Below the pieces are notes generated by a model. That model was not told where the DNA came from. It was given only the letters and a program-made list of their open reading frames with translations, and searched no databases. The translations under genes were made by a program, and so were the position numbers. Shown one piece after another: positions 63,136 to 64,000 of a DNA stretch of 64,000 nucleotides. The stretch lies in NCBI GenBank assembly GCA_040954595.2, contig CM082594.2, positions 7,695,573 to 7,759,572 on the forward strand. Reading direction: 5' to 3'. This stretch comes from Balanoglossus misakiensis. Taxonomy: Eukaryota; Animalia; Hemichordata. Position 1 is the first letter of the stretch; each line of letters begins with the position of its first letter.

Positions 63136-63499
63136 GGTGAGTGGATCTGCTCTGCGTCGACTATGGGGGCACGGTAAAAATAAAGGTTGTGTGCCGTTTC
63201 CGAACACTCTTTTGGAATGGTTGTAACCAATTTACACACACACTGCTACACATCCATCCTTGATTGGGTGCGAATCTTCGAAAATACTCGCTCCCTCGGC
63301 AATCAATGCACTACCCTGCGAGTTTGGAAACACAACCAGAAATGTAGAAATTAGAGACATGAGTGTGACACCGAATGGTTGAGTTACGGGCATTTGAAAT
63401 TAGACAACAAAGAGGCCCCCGCGGATTTTACAAAATTGTAAACACATGAATTTGAAGCCCAGCGTACGGGGGTCGGCGAACATCAAAACAATCCCTTTC

Positions 63500-64000
63500 C
63501 GTCGACCTCACCCGGGTTTCTGTAGCTGTTAGCCAGCTGTGAGACTTACACAACCATAGTATTGCAAAATAACGCTAGAATGGTGTACCTGTTACCGCCT
63601 AAATGCTGGATATATGTGTCGGAATGTCCTAGTTCGAACCCTCAATGCAAAGACACAGTTGGAATGAAAAGGGTTTCACCGCGTGTCGCCGAATCGCCTA
63701 TCACTCCTCCAGACGTTCTCCGACGGACGATGCGTCGATTTCACCGGCGAAGATTTCCGTGGCGTTTACTTCAAATGACATACGAATCACCCCAGACAAA
63801 AGAAAATAACCCATTAAACTGGTATCCACCCTGCCAATCTTAATTTACGAACTTCAAGCAGGGTAATCGAGTTACAAATATCAACTTTCGTGCGATTTAC
63901 CTACGACTTCTTTAGCTGGCGCGACATAGCAAAACAATGGAATGCGCATGTGCCAATTCCACCTTATCCAATCGTATAGTGCGTTGTAACAAGTTTCGGA
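63500..64000 (-). promoter_or_regulatory. Probable SMAD4 5' non-coding exon/promoter region
   Basis: CpG-rich; minus-strand donor-like GTAAGT (63544-63549) upstream of the acceptor at 63315/63316 of the ATG-containing exon; NRF1-like TGCGCATGTGC near 63942-63952. Confidence 0.4.

Overview
Eukaryotic (bilaterian invertebrate) genomic DNA with five intron-containing genes: the last exon of LHFPL2 (+), a complete DPP8/9-type dipeptidyl peptidase (-, 16 coding exons), BLOC1S6/pallidin (+, 5 coding exons, head-to-head with DPP9), LMAN1/ERGIC-53 (+, 13 coding exons) and SMAD4 (-, 11 coding exons). Between the convergent 3' ends of LMAN1 and SMAD4 lies a ~13.2 kb array of ~150 near-identical 87-bp monomers. 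The array is bracketed by identical 58-bp variant monomers and by imperfect terminal inverted repeats, so it looks like a satellite grown inside a transposon-like element; it also keeps one stop-free frame on each strand (~4350 aa). Other notable items are a 458-bp foldback element (155-bp TIRs, 9-bp TSD) downstream of the SMAD4 stop, five copies of an ~85-bp TTAA-flanked MITE, a candidate alternative first exon that would give an MH1-less SMAD4, and UPR-type motifs upstream of LMAN1. All exon coordinates were read by hand from splice signals and reading frames; no database search was run.
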